Shown: piece after piece, positions 25,376-37,099 of the stretch
Layout of the letters: each line of letters opens with the position of its first letter
Position numbering within the stretch: the stretch's first letter is position 1
NCBI RefSeq assembly: GCF_006345805.1
Contig: NC_042997.1
Span: 76,198,001-76,262,000, forward strand
Direction: 5' to 3'
Length of the DNA: 64,000 nucleotides
Origin: Octopus sinensis
Lineage: Eukaryota
The notes under the pieces: generated by a model
Seen by the model: the letters and a program-made list of their open reading frames with translations, nothing else
What the model was told of the DNA's origin: nothing
Database searches by the model: none
Translations under genes and position numbers: made by a program

Positions 25376-25793
25376 ACTTTTTCTATTCCTGAGCGTTATA
25401 CTAATACATCTGTTTGTTTTCTACACCACCTGTCTTTGTCTTTTGTTTTTTTCGTGAACTCTCCTATATATATATTTATATATATGTATGTATATATTCA
25501 TACAAACATAAGATCCCTTTGCTCAATCACATTTTCTCTCTTTCTCCTCTCTTTCATGCTCATTTATTATCATCACTTATTCATTCATTTATCTAATTTT
25601 GCCACAGATTGGCTGACCGAAAACTCTTAGTTAAAGCTCTAGTTAAGATTTTCAAATGCTCAATTCTATCTCGCTATTATCATAATATTCTCTAACACCA
25701 GCAGCCTTAGTCTCTGCTGTTTCATTAAATTATGTTACACTAAATCCCAAAAATATTTTCTCCCTAATGTTCTCTCTTTGACCAGCCTAACTC

Positions 25794-25835
<42 letters not shown>

Positions 25836-26269
25836 CGATAACCACTTGCTTCCCCAACACTTACCCCACCCTATATAAACTAGCTCACTCACATTCCCCT
25901 ACCTAATTTTGATCACCTCACCAAAAGTGTAGAACACCATATGTTCTGATAAGCAATCTTGTTCTTTCAGTCTAGTACATCTAATCCTTTTCCTTCAGTG
26001 CAGATTGTCATAATTACTTTATTAGTTCATTTTACTATTCTATTTCATTACCTATGTAAACATAGTTTCTCCATGCTGTATGTTTAAAAAAAAAAACACA
26101 AACACAAACTTAAGATCCCTTTGCTCAATCCATCATCACTTATTCATTCATTTATTGGCTGACCGAAAACTTTTGGTTATAGCTCTAATTAAGATTTTTC
26201 AGATGCTCAATTCTATCTCACTATTCTCATAATATTCTCTAGACACCGGAAGCTTGAGTCACTACTGTT

Positions 26270-27045
26270 TCGCAGCGCACGCACCCTCCCACCCCCACCC
26301 CCTGTACCGGAGGTTTCTATTCTCTGACCTCTATCGGATGTCTCCCATGAACACTTCTAAAGGCTTAATGCCTCCCACCCATCCCTACTTAGGGTTTACC
26401 TCCTAAATAAGGTAGTGAACATGTAGCACATAAAAATGATGGTATGGTGTATGCAGGTTGAAGACTACTGCACGTACATGAGTTCTGTCAAATGCGAGCT
26501 TTCTTTTCAGGTACATGATGCTGCTGTCCCACATCTCCCATACCCTCAGGGTTGGCACACTGAAAGATAGGTCTGGTGAGATTGTTGAATGGAGACGTAG
26601 ATTTGTGCTGCATCCAAGAAGTAAGGTGGAGAGGAGGTTCTGCGAGGTTCCTCACAGGCAAAGAACATAGGTAGATTTTCTGGGCAAGGAACACCGACAG
26701 GGTTGGGGGGCGTGGGTATACTTCTTGCAGAGAAATGGGTTGAAAAGTTAATCGAGGTAGTCGGAGTCTGCGATAGAATACTTAAGATTAGATAAGAGAT
26801 GCATCAGGGGTTAGCAACCATTATCTCAACCGATGCCCCTCAGCCGGGGCCACCTGATGGACAGAAAAACAGATTTTATGACACCCTCTTGCAGACTACC
26901 TCATCAACGAATGACAGGGACCTATTCTTTGTGGCTGGTGACTTCAATGGGCATGTTGGACAACATGCAGGGGGCTTCCATGGCATACATGGAGGCTATG
27001 GTTTTGATTCTTGCAATGAGGAGGGAACCAGGCTGCTGGAGTCAA
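26270..27045 (+). mobile_element. RTE LINE 5' fragment (5'UTR + endonuclease)
   Basis: PDGQKNRFYDTLLQTT..GDFNGHVG..EEGTRLLE; matches the other RTE copies. Confidence 0.9.
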
Positions 27046-27916
27046 TAACAAAGAAATAAACATATCACATGTTTATATGAAAATATATATAAGTTTGTGT
27101 ATTATTGTTATAATTATTATATAATTATAATGATATGAACTACTGCATTAATCCTCCCTTCTAAACACATCTAATACGTGTGTACCTATGAGTATGTAAT
27201 AAGTACATATTACCAAATAGTCATTAAGTGTCATGACCTGAACTACATCCCCATCAAATTCCAGACCATGTCATCACGCTTGACCAGCATCAAAGGATTT
27301 TATATACTTTATCGTGGGTTTTATTTGAAAGTTAGTTTATACTTTTCTTTGTTTCTTTATTCTTAGTATTGTACTTTTGTATCAAGTACTTCCTTTCTGT
27401 ATCTCTAGCCCAGCAAACCATACCTCATTCAACAGTCATTCTTCATTCATCATCAATGTATTTGAGACACGACTACTACCAACACGATCTAGGTGAACCT
27501 CTGAGCGAAATGTTACTTATGTAACTTGAAACCGTGTTACGTCACCTGAAGAGGCACTTCTGCACTGCGGGTTGTCTTGACTTAGGTAATATTGTCACTG
27601 TCCTTAAGAGATATCCAATTCAGATAGAGAAATTTGGGGAGGGGTAACTGCAAGGCACCAAAGGAAATTTTTTATGTAATTATAGTCACATACAAGAGTA
27701 GCACCTCTTGATTTCTTTACAAGACTTTACTGTGCATTCCCATGAATTTTCGTGTTTTCATCCAAAAGGCAGACAAAAACCATTCCTCCATGTGATTGGA
27801 TTGGAAAATTAAGGTATTTTCTTAACATGAAACCAATGGTAGCCTCAATATAGAAATAAAAAAATTTTAGCCACCAATGCAGTGTTGAGCACACATTCAC
27901 ATTGTCTGACATTTAC

Positions 27917-27955
<39 letters not shown>

Positions 27956-27956
<1 letters not shown>

Positions 27957-28160
27957 TAGCAGAGATACCCAGCGTTGCCAGTGTTACAGGCAATTGAAGA
28001 ATTAGACTTTTCTGTTATATTTTCTGTAATGAACTGGAATATCTATGTTTCGAATTTCATCAAAATTGCAGATGAGGGTTATTTCCCTCGTTACACACCC
28101 TAAAAAAATTGTAATCGTGCCAAATGTATCCCATACTACTGATTTTTATGTGCATATTTT
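27956..28160 (-). mobile_element. Helitron-like 3' end
   Basis: ACTAGCAGAGATACCCAGCGTTGCC corresponds to a subterminal hairpin plus CTAG terminus on the minus strand. A similar end lies at 58230-58271. Confidence 0.45.
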
Positions 28161-29270
28161 AAAATTCCAGTCTTATTGAACCTGTTAAAAAGATTTTGCT
28201 CCTGAATAATGAAGGTCATGGAACTCTAAAATGTGAGAGTGAAGGCCTCTGTTTGGGGTGGACATCTTAATGTCAACCAGAGAAATTGAATTGTTAAGAA
28301 TCTTTTTAACTTGGGTCTTATATCTATTGTTTGAATTTCTTTGAAATAGGAAATATATGTTCATTGGGTTTGTAAAAGAGAGCAAAGCTACAGGAAACCA
28401 AAAGACAAATGATCACAGAAGCAGTCAGCTACCCTACCCTAGTCATTACCACTCCCAATGTAGGATTCCTCACCATCCAGGTGACAGGCACAGCAGTAAG
28501 ATGCATTATGAATCTATAGTAATTGGAAGAGCTTGACCCAACTGAAATAAACATAAACAACTGTGTGATGTGAGGGCTAAAGAGAAATGAAAGTGTCACC
28601 TCTAGAGTTTGCAAATGACCACTATACAGATACGTAACTGGACAGAATAAATTTACAATCTATAAATGTCTTTGAATAACCAGTCACTCATCTGGGAAGG
28701 CCTCGAAATCAATGTTACCATCTGAGGACTACGCGTGACCCAGTGATGATAAAAAGACTGAAGGGAGGTCTGCAATCAAATAACTTTACTCAACACTTTG
28801 CAACTGAATCAGTGGAGGCAAAGATGCCTCTCATTTACTTGACAATTTATGCACCACATTGCAGAAATCACAATGTAAGTGTATGTCAAAGCAAACTGTT
28901 ACACTGTTGTACCACTGAATTACAAATAATGCTCATCTTTTATGCTCGGGTAACCCTACAGCTCCCAAGAGCACAACTGTATTCGTTTTTGCTTAGATAA
29001 AATGACAAAATTGTGGGTGTTAAGTCATCATGGAGGGGTCTTTCTAACTTGTAAGAAGATGAAATTTTATAAATATTACTTCATTTGTGTCTAATATCTA
29101 TGGTTAAAATTTCATCAACAGCAAAAATATATGAATTGTCATGGGGGTTATGGCCCTTATACATAGAATATAATTTCCAAATTTCATAAAGATCCATTCA
29201 GTACTTTTGACCTAGTTTTGGATCATAAAAGAAATGACTAAAATTTGGGAGTTAAGGCCCCCATTAGGGT

Positions 29271-29305
<35 letters not shown>

Positions 29306-29309
29306 GCTA

Positions 29310-29780
29310 TTAAATGCCTTCCATCAGGCCCTTACTCTCCGTGAGATCTCCTTTTTGATATCTCGGCACATATTCACTACCTGTCCCAGGTAGACATATT
29401 CCTTTACCTCTTCTATTTCATCACTGCCGATCACCATTTGAGACATTGCCTAGTGCTTTTTTTTTTTGATAATCCTGGTACTTCTTGGGAAACTAGGGGA
29501 TGTAAATGAATGAACACCAGAGTATACACGCAGCAAGTTTAGATGGGCTGGACACGTCACCCGGCTCACCAATAATCAGTAGACCCATGCAGTTGTTGAG
29601 TGGCACCCGCGCAAGCGGAAACGACCACCCAGAAGGCCTCCAGAATGGTGGAGTTACGATTTCAGGAGGACGATTGGGATCATGTGGATGAGAAAGGTGC
29701 GATCCAGAGAGGAGTGGACAGCGTGGTGTGACCAGCAGTGTCAAATGGACACCCAACGGACTGGTCGGTCAAGGTGAAGG
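29310..29780. mobile_element. Fragment of a second RTE family, with one part inverted
   Basis: The minus strand at about 29315-29445 reads IEEVKEYVYLGQ..KKEISRRVRA*WK. The plus strand at about 29525-29780 reads KFRWAGHVTR..VVEWHPRKRKRP. Confidence 0.7.
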
Positions 29781-29807
29781 TGATATATATATATATATAT
29801 ATGTATA

Positions 29808-32330
29808 TCATCATCATCATTTAATGTCCGTTTTCCGCGCTAGCATGGGTTGGACGGTTCGACCGGGGTCTGGGAAGCCAGGGGCTGCACCAGGCTCCAG
29901 TCTGATCTGGCAGTGTTTCTACAGCTGGATGCCCTTCCTAATGCCAACCACTCAGCGAGTGTAGTGGGTGCTTTTTACGTGCCACCTGCACAGGTGCCAG
30001 AGGGGTCTGGCATCGGCCACGATCGGTTGGTGTTTTTATGTGCCACCGGCACAGGAGCCAGTCGAGGCGGGGTTGGCATCGGCCACGTTCGGATGGTGCT
30101 TTTTATGTGCCACCGGCACAGAAGCCAGTCGAGGCAGCACTGGCAACGGCCACGTTCGGATGGTGCTTTTTACGTGCCACCTGCACAGGTGCCAGAGGGG
30201 TCTGGCATCGGCCACGATTGGTTGGTGCTTTTTACGTGCCACCGGCACAGAAGCCAGTCGAGGCGGGGCTGGCATCGGCCACGTTTGGATGGTGCTTTTT
30301 ATGTGCCACCGGCACAGAAGCCATTCGAGGCGGGGTTGGCATCGGTCACGTTCGGATGGTGCTTTTTATGTGCCACCGGCACAGAAGCCAGTCGAGGCAA
30401 CACTGGCAACGGCCACGTTCGGATGGTGCTTTTTATGTGCCACTGGCACAGGTATCACTACTACTATTTCCATTGATATTTGTTTCGATGTTCATGTACA
30501 TGCACTGGACTCAACAGGTCTCCTCAAGCACAGCGAGATGTTCCGGGATCCAAGGTACTTTGAATGGGCAGGGGCTATGCGGAACTGGTGCCGGAAGCAT
30601 CCCGGGTCTTAGTAGTCACAACATATCTCCAGAGATCTCGGTCCTTCGCCATTGCCTCAGTGAGGCCCAACGCTCTGAGGTTATGCTTGACTACCTCATC
30701 CCATGTCTTCCTGGGTCTACCTCTCCCCCTGATACCTTCAACTGTTCGGGAGTGGCACTTCTTCACACATCTCTCCTCATCCATCCGCAGTACATGACCA
30801 TACCATCGCAAGCGTCGCTCTTGCACACCGCATCTGATGCTTCTTATGCCTAGCATTTCTCTCAGGGTGCTTACACTCTGTCGTGCATTCACACTGACAT
30901 TACACATCCAGCGGATCATGCTAGCTTCATTTCTTTCAAGTCTACGCATGTCCTCTGCAGTCACGGCCCATGTTTCACTGTCGTGAAGCATGGCAGTTCG
31001 CACACATGCATCATACAATCTACCTTTCACTCTGAGTGAGAGACCCTTTGTCGCCAGTAGGGGTAGGAGCTTTGTAAACTTTGCCCAGGCTATTCGTATT
31101 CTAGTGGTGACACTCTCTGAGCATCCACCCCCACTACTAACTTGGTCACCCAGGTAGCGGAAACTATCAACTACTTCTAGTTTCTTCCCCTGGAGTGTGA
31201 TGGAATCTGTTTTCTGAGTATTTGTGGTGTCTATTGTCCCTGTGCATCTGCCGCACATGAAAGCTATCTTATCAGTTAATTTCCCTTTGATGTTGCTGCA
31301 CCTCTTATGCGTCCATAGCTTACACTGGGTGCATCTTATGGAGTTTCTACCTACACCTTTCCTACAGCTCGAGCAGGGCCACCTGCCTGATGGGGTGTGT
31401 GCTGAGTTCGCCTTTCTGCTTACTATAACTTTGGTCTTCGCTACATTTACTCTAAGGCCCTTTGATTCTAACCCTTGTTTCCACACCCGAAATTTCTTTT
31501 TTAGTTCCGGTAGTGATTCTGCTATGAGGGCCAGGTCATCAGCATAGAGGAGCTCCCAGGGGAAACCTGTTTTGAATTCCTCTGTTATTTCCTGGAGGAC
31601 TATGATGAATAAAAGAGGACTGAGGGCTGAGCCTTGGTGTACACCTACTTCTACCCGGAATTCTTCACTATATTCGTTGCCAATCCTAACCTTGCTGACA
31701 ACCTCTCTGTATAGAGCCTGTACAGCCCTTATTAGCCATTCGTCAATCTCCAGTTTCCGCATCGACCACCAGATAAGGTATTGGGGAACCCTGTCAAAGG
31801 CTTTCTCCAAGTCCACAAAAGCTATGTAGAGGGGTTTATCTTTAGCTAGGTACTTCTCCTGCAGTTGTTGGACCAGGAATATAGCATCAGTGGTGCTTCT
31901 AGCACAAAACCGAACTGCATCTCATCTAAGCAAATTCTCTCCTTAATGAGATGGGTTATGACCCTCTCTGTGACCTTCATCACCTGATCCAACGGTTTAA
32001 TACCCCTGTAGTTATTTCTATCTAGAGCATCACCCTTACCCTTGTAGCAGTTGACTATGGTGCTGCTACGCCAGTCATTGGGTATGATTCCATTATGAAC
32101 TACCTGGTTAACAATACGGGTGACTAGGCCATAGCCCACATAACCAGCTGTTTTAAGCATCTCAGCAGTGATACCTGATGGGCCGGGGGCTTTACCTGGT
32201 TTCATACCCTTAATTGCCTTAACTACAAGGGAACTGTCTATTTGGATAGCTGGTCCCTCTACTGGGTCAATATTTGGCAGGCTCTCCTCCTCCCATTCAT
32301 TCTCCACATTCAGCAGTCTTTCATAAGGCT
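29808..32330 (-). mobile_element. 5'-truncated RTE LINE (diverged subfamily) with expanded 3'UTR array
   Basis: ORFs 31846-32337 and 30575-31816 encode RT with YADD and a PHD-like finger; (ATG)n tail. Confidence 0.92.
29968..30450. repeat. Eight-unit tandem array of 62-67 bp in the RTE 3'UTR
   Basis: GTGCTTTTTAYGTGCCACCKGCAC starts at about 29968, 30030, 30096, 30163, 30225, 30292, 30359 and 30425. Confidence 0.9.
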
Positions 32331-33269
32331 TATACATATATATACATATCTTCCTCTGCTGCTACCCCATTCTCATTCCTTGAATTTCTTCCTTGTCTCT
32401 TCTTGGCTTCATCTATAACCAGGATGATTCTGCTCTAACTTATGACTTGGCTATGCTAGCAACATATCCCTTCTCTTTTCTCCCTCTTCTCCTTACTTCC
32501 ACATATCTTCCTCTGCTGCTACCCCAGCCTTATATCGCAAATTCCTCCCTGCGTCTTCCTGGCTTCATCTATAACCAGCTCCTACCATCTTATAATTTCA
32601 AAATCTGCCCCTCTATTCCCTCTTTCCCTATCTCAACAGTCCACTTCCTCTGCTACCCCACCCCCATTTTGTACTTCATTCATTGTCTCATCCTTTAGTT
32701 TTCTATAGCCTCAATTTTCCTTGATCAATTAAAGGTCTTCGTATACCACTAACAGCATTTCCTTTCAGAATACTAACCTATTTCATCCCTTCCCTCCATC
32801 CTCGGACTCACCACTTTTACTTTTATTCAATTATCCTCCACCCCCAGATTACTTAACTCACCATCATATTTCTTATCTCTTCTTGCTCTTTATCTACTTC
32901 AACACTCCCCCTCCTTAAGTTGCCTGCATCCTCCCTCTACTTGCCTTTTACTCCTCTCTTCCTCTTCTCCCATTCAACCTTTAAATCTCTTGCACTATGA
33001 TGTGAACTGATATCTGCCAATTTCCCGCCTGACCAAGGAAGCTGATATTACAGTAGTCTCTGTGCACCCATCTACTGGTTGCATATCCATGGCATTTTGC
33101 ACATTTCATCTGCTAATTATGAAGATTACAACTATTATGTAATTCCAAACTCCCAGAAAAAGCTGTTGAATTAAAATACGATGCATTCCTTTATTTAGTT
33201 TTCTGTACTTTTTATACTCCATATAAAAATGAATTTATTTGTCAATATATTGCCAGTTTTATGTAAATG

Positions 33270-33500
33270 GCGCTTGTAAAATCGTAGCTGTGGCTATCGC
33301 TAGTGTCATGTAAATAGCATCCATGCTGGTAGCACATAAAAACACCCATTACACTCTTGGAGTGGTTGGCATTAAGAAGAGCATCCAGCCATAGAAACCA
33401 TGCCAAATCAGAGTGGAACCTGGCGCAGATCTCTGGCTTACCAGTTCCAGACAAACCATCAAACCCATCCCAGCGTGGAAACTGGACTTTAAATGGAATA
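33270..33500 (+). mobile_element. RTE 3' tail fragment
   Basis: GTTGGCATTAAGAAGAGCATCCAGCC..CCATCCCAGCGTGGAAA matches the 3' end of the RTE copies. Confidence 0.7.
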
Positions 33501-33555
33501 AACATCTTGTACATATGAATTTACCTTCTGAATATATTTAGTGTTTTTTTATCTA

Positions 33556-33613
<58 letters not shown>

Positions 33614-33743
33614 ATATATATATATATATATATACAAAAATTCAGGGTGAATACTTGATAACTGTAAGCACCTGTATATGCCAGTTAGTGGTGTAGGTGA
33701 TAGGGTATATTTATCAAAAGAAAAACAGGATGCAAAGGATTTA

Positions 33744-33830
33744 GCGGTACATATGTTTCTGGCTTTATTGGATAGTTTATATCAATGCATAATTGATGTA
33801 ACATGTATGTCAATAGCCTTCTTCAGCCGC
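33744..33830 (-). ncRNA. Type-I hammerhead ribozyme with extended stem II
   Basis: GCGG-CTGAAGA-AGGCTATTG...CAATAAAGCCA-GAAA-CATATG-TA-CCGC. Stem I is GCGG/CCGC, stem III is the palindrome ACATATGT, the triplet is GUA, and there is an inner hairpin ATCAAT/ATTGAT. Confidence 0.7.
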
Positions 33831-34370
33831 GCACAATTACCACACCAAAGACATGTATTACTTGGAGTGGAAGGGGGTGAATCTTTAATGAGTTTGGGAT
33901 CACAGAGTAAAAATATAAAAAAAGTAAAAATGTAAAGAAAGAGTAAAAATGTAGAAAAATCAGTGTATAAGTATATAAAGATACAAAGGATGTCATATGT
34001 CTGGTCTGAAGTTCTAGAGCTGTATTGTGACAGTGTAGATGTGGAAAATAACATGGAAATATAAATAAATAAAGATAAAGAGGTGAAAAAATAAAGACGA
34101 AAAATAAAAATATAAAGGGATAAAAAAATAAAAAGGTGGACATAAAGATAAAGTAAGGTACAGAAAAAAATATATGCCGGTTAGTGAAGCTTTAGGATGT
34201 ATTGGTGGGTGTCATAAATTAAAACTTAATTATCTGGGGAGCTGTATGAGAGCAGGCGGATGGTCAGTTTAAGTTGTCTGCTCCAAGTTGGTGTGTGTCT
34301 AAAAGTTTATCTGCTTTCTCATAAAAACCGGCTGGGACCATATTATTATCAGTCAACATATATATATATA

Positions 34371-35036
34371 TTGTTATCGCCATATTAATATGGCATTCTT
34401 ATAGATATAAGAATAATCGCTGCCATGGTCAGCTCCATGAGGCCACCGCCATCAAGATAGCTATTGATACACGATCTGTATCCATTATAACCTTCGAACA
34501 AGGGAGGTCAGCCGCTTCACACTGCCAATCCGACAGCTACAGATGCATTTCGGGGTATTGCCCCTTGTCAATGTAGCGCAGTCGGACCCGCAGGTGTCGC
34601 CACTGACGTCTCTGTTCGAAGGCTTATATTTACCTAGTTTCAGTGGAATACATCCACTTGTTTTCAATAATAGAAATATTAAAATTACTAAGTCTCTATA
34701 AAAGAGATTACGGCAACGTTTACTGGAAATTAATTGTTATCGCCATATTAATATGGCATTCTTATAGATATAAGAATAATCGCTGCCATGGTCAGCTCCA
34801 TGTAGCTGTCAGACTGGCAGTGTGAAGCGGCTGACCTCCCTTGTTCGAAGGTTATAATGGATACAGATCGTGTATCAATAGCTATCTTGATGGGGGTGGT
34901 CTCATGGAGCTGACCATGGCAGCGATTATTCTTATATCTATAAGAATGCCATATTAGTATGGCGATAACAATTAATTTCCAGTAAACGTTGCCGTAATCT
35001 CTTTTATAGAGACTTAGTAATTTTAATATTTCTATT
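34371..35036. mobile_element. Retrozyme-like 363-bp hammerhead-bearing repeat: 1.2 monomers (minus) joined head-to-head to a partial plus copy
   Basis: TTGTTATCGCCATATTAATATGGC occurs at 34371 and 34734 (period 363). 34801-35036 is an inverted copy. Both outer ends abut (TA)n. Confidence 0.75.
34536..34577 (-). ncRNA. Type-I hammerhead ribozyme motif (core mutated)
   Basis: GCTACA-TTGACAA-GGGG(CAATA)CCCC-GAAA-TGCA-TC^TGTAGC. 6-bp stem I, 4-bp stem II, palindromic ATGCAT stem III; the core is two transitions from CTGACGA. Confidence 0.7.
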
Positions 35037-35044
35037 ATATATAT

Positions 35045-35091
<47 letters not shown>

Positions 35092-36228
35092 CATACATGT
35101 ACACGCCCACGCACACACATATGCATGCATATATATATATACACACGCACACATATATATACATACATATACACCCGTATAAAGGTGCCGGCACGGATAC
35201 ACATATACATACATACCGCTACGCACAGATACCCAAACCCACACATAACTAAATACATATATACATACACATATCTATACATCTACACACGTATCCGTAT
35301 ACATATAAATACATACACACACATACATATATACGTGCCCGCATATAAACATACTCATATACGTACATACATATATATCTCAATATACACACACATACAC
35401 AAAAGCATATAGGTACGCATATACACACATGGAAAGAAGTGCATGCAGCTAGGTACAAGAACCCACGCACATACGTATATATGCACACACACGTGCATAC
35501 ACACATACATAAGTAAGCAAATCTCTATGCATATACACACATATGCGTATATGCATATATACATGTACACTCACACAAACACCCCCCAAAAAATATATAC
35601 TCGCACACATAGATACACCCACAGACATGTATATAGACATATGCGTACACATACATACACCTATACATACATATACATATATATATATATATATATATAA
35701 TACATATATATATATACATGTACACATATACGTATATATACCCATCCTTACACCCATATATACACATACACACACACATATATATATATGTGTACATATG
35801 CATACATATACATATGCATAAGCACATGTGTACACATATACAATGAAACCCATACATAAACAAACACATGCATACATCGACATGTATGCGTCCATAGAGG
35901 TTCATTCAAGTTCATGTGCACACACACCCGTTTATATATGCATATATACACACGTCCTCACGCGTGCATAAGTACACATAAATACATATATACAAACACA
36001 CCCAGATTCAAGAACATAGACATATGTACATATATCCCCACATGCACAGAAACAGGTATACCCATTCCCATGTCTACACACGTGCATATGTATCCTTATG
36101 CACTCGGACAAAGGGGTACTAGAAATGCGTATATGAGGATTTGCATCCCTAACGTAACTCGTCTTTTTCCCAAACTTCTCCTCAAACCTGCTATAATATA
36201 ATACATGTCTTTGGTGTGGTAATTGTGC

Positions 36229-36315
36229 ATGGCTGAAGAAGGCTATTGACATACATGTTACATCAATTATGCATTGATATAAACTGTCCAATAAAACCAG
36301 AAACATATGTACCGC
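36229..36315 (+). ncRNA. Type-I hammerhead motif, second copy of the 33744 family
   Basis: ATGG-CTGAAGA-AGGCT...AAACCA-GAAA-CATATG-TA-CCGC; stems I and II are slightly decayed. Confidence 0.6.
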
Positions 36316-36493
36316 TAAATCCTTTGCATTCTGTTTTTCTTTTGATAAATATATCTATATATATATATAAAAAGTTACTTGGAGAAAAGAAACGAAACGA
36401 CGCGAGGGCACTCAGTCATACAATAATTTAATAAATAAAATATATTGCATACATACATATATGTACGTACCTACATCTACATGTATATATACA

Positions 36494-36549
<56 letters not shown>

Positions 36550-37053
36550 TACAGGACACCACAAATAAACATAGAACTCGACGAAAAACGAAAACATAAA
36601 AACAAACTAGGAAACGGACTTTTTTTAACAACGCAAAAACAGAGTACAAGACAATCAATACAAGGAATATTCCCCTTTATCAGCTGTCCCTGGTTCGACT
36701 CAATGCGTGTTTCGAAGGTAAGGACAGAACACGATCCGGTCGAACCAGTCCTTCCTGCAAAATAATTAAATAAAATTCCTTTGCTAGGGGTAAAAACAAG
36801 GAACGAAAAAAATGTGACACATAACCTTCTACATTTAGAAGGCTTGCTGGATTAAATTTTTCTCCTTTAGATTAGAGAGTTTCTAATTTCATTTAGAATG
36901 AATGTAGTATAGGACTGAGAGATAGATGCTGTGTGGATTCATGGATTTTCTGGTAACAAATAAATACGCATTGCATGGGTCCTTCGGTAGGTAATATATG
37001 CTATTACCGTACCTGCAGGATTAACTAGACACAATTTGTAAATCAGTACTCAC

Positions 37054-37099
37054 CATATAAGAATTGTATGCATGATTAAACATCTCAAGAACTTGATCT
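37054..37099 (-). CDS. EDEM3: 46-nt internal coding exon of an ER degradation-enhancing alpha-mannosidase-like protein (GH47)
   Basis: ttttttgttttttag|A GAT CAA GTT CTT GAG ATG TTT AAT CAT GCA TAC AAT TCT TAT ATG|gtgagt gives DQVLEMFNHAYNSYM. Human EDEM3 has NQVLEMFDHAYGNYM (recalled from memory). Splice sites are canonical. Confidence 0.85.

Larger units (their letters stand above)
33701..36358. repeat. Inverted repeat pair of about 160 bp (33701-33860 and 36199-36358), each arm carrying a hammerhead
   Basis: Reverse-complement match of the arms; the outer ends face (TA)n tracts. Confidence 0.88.

Noticed and set aside
27540-27640. CTGAAGA-GGCAC core-like motif after a PLE-like 3' region
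   Set aside because: No matching stem II 3' strand with GAAA could be found.
28474-28541. Exon-like segment with tttatttcag acceptor and GTGAGG donor on the minus strand
   Set aside because: The open frame (VGSSSSNYYRFIMHLTAVPVTWM) resembles neither EDEM3 nor MEGF8, and there is no other support.
29968-30450. CRISPR-like array of palindromic repeats, with long ORFs in all three plus frames
   Set aside because: The spacers are themselves homologous, the array is an RTE 3'UTR in a eukaryote, and the ORFs are by-products of a stop-free repeat.
35004-36201. Many [12 protein letters not shown] and CVCVCV ORFs here and elsewhere
   Set aside because: They are translations of microsatellites.
36665-36725. 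Possible permuted hammerhead (minus strand CCTTC-GAAAC..CTGATAA-AGG)
   Set aside because: No convincing stem I or cleavage triplet.
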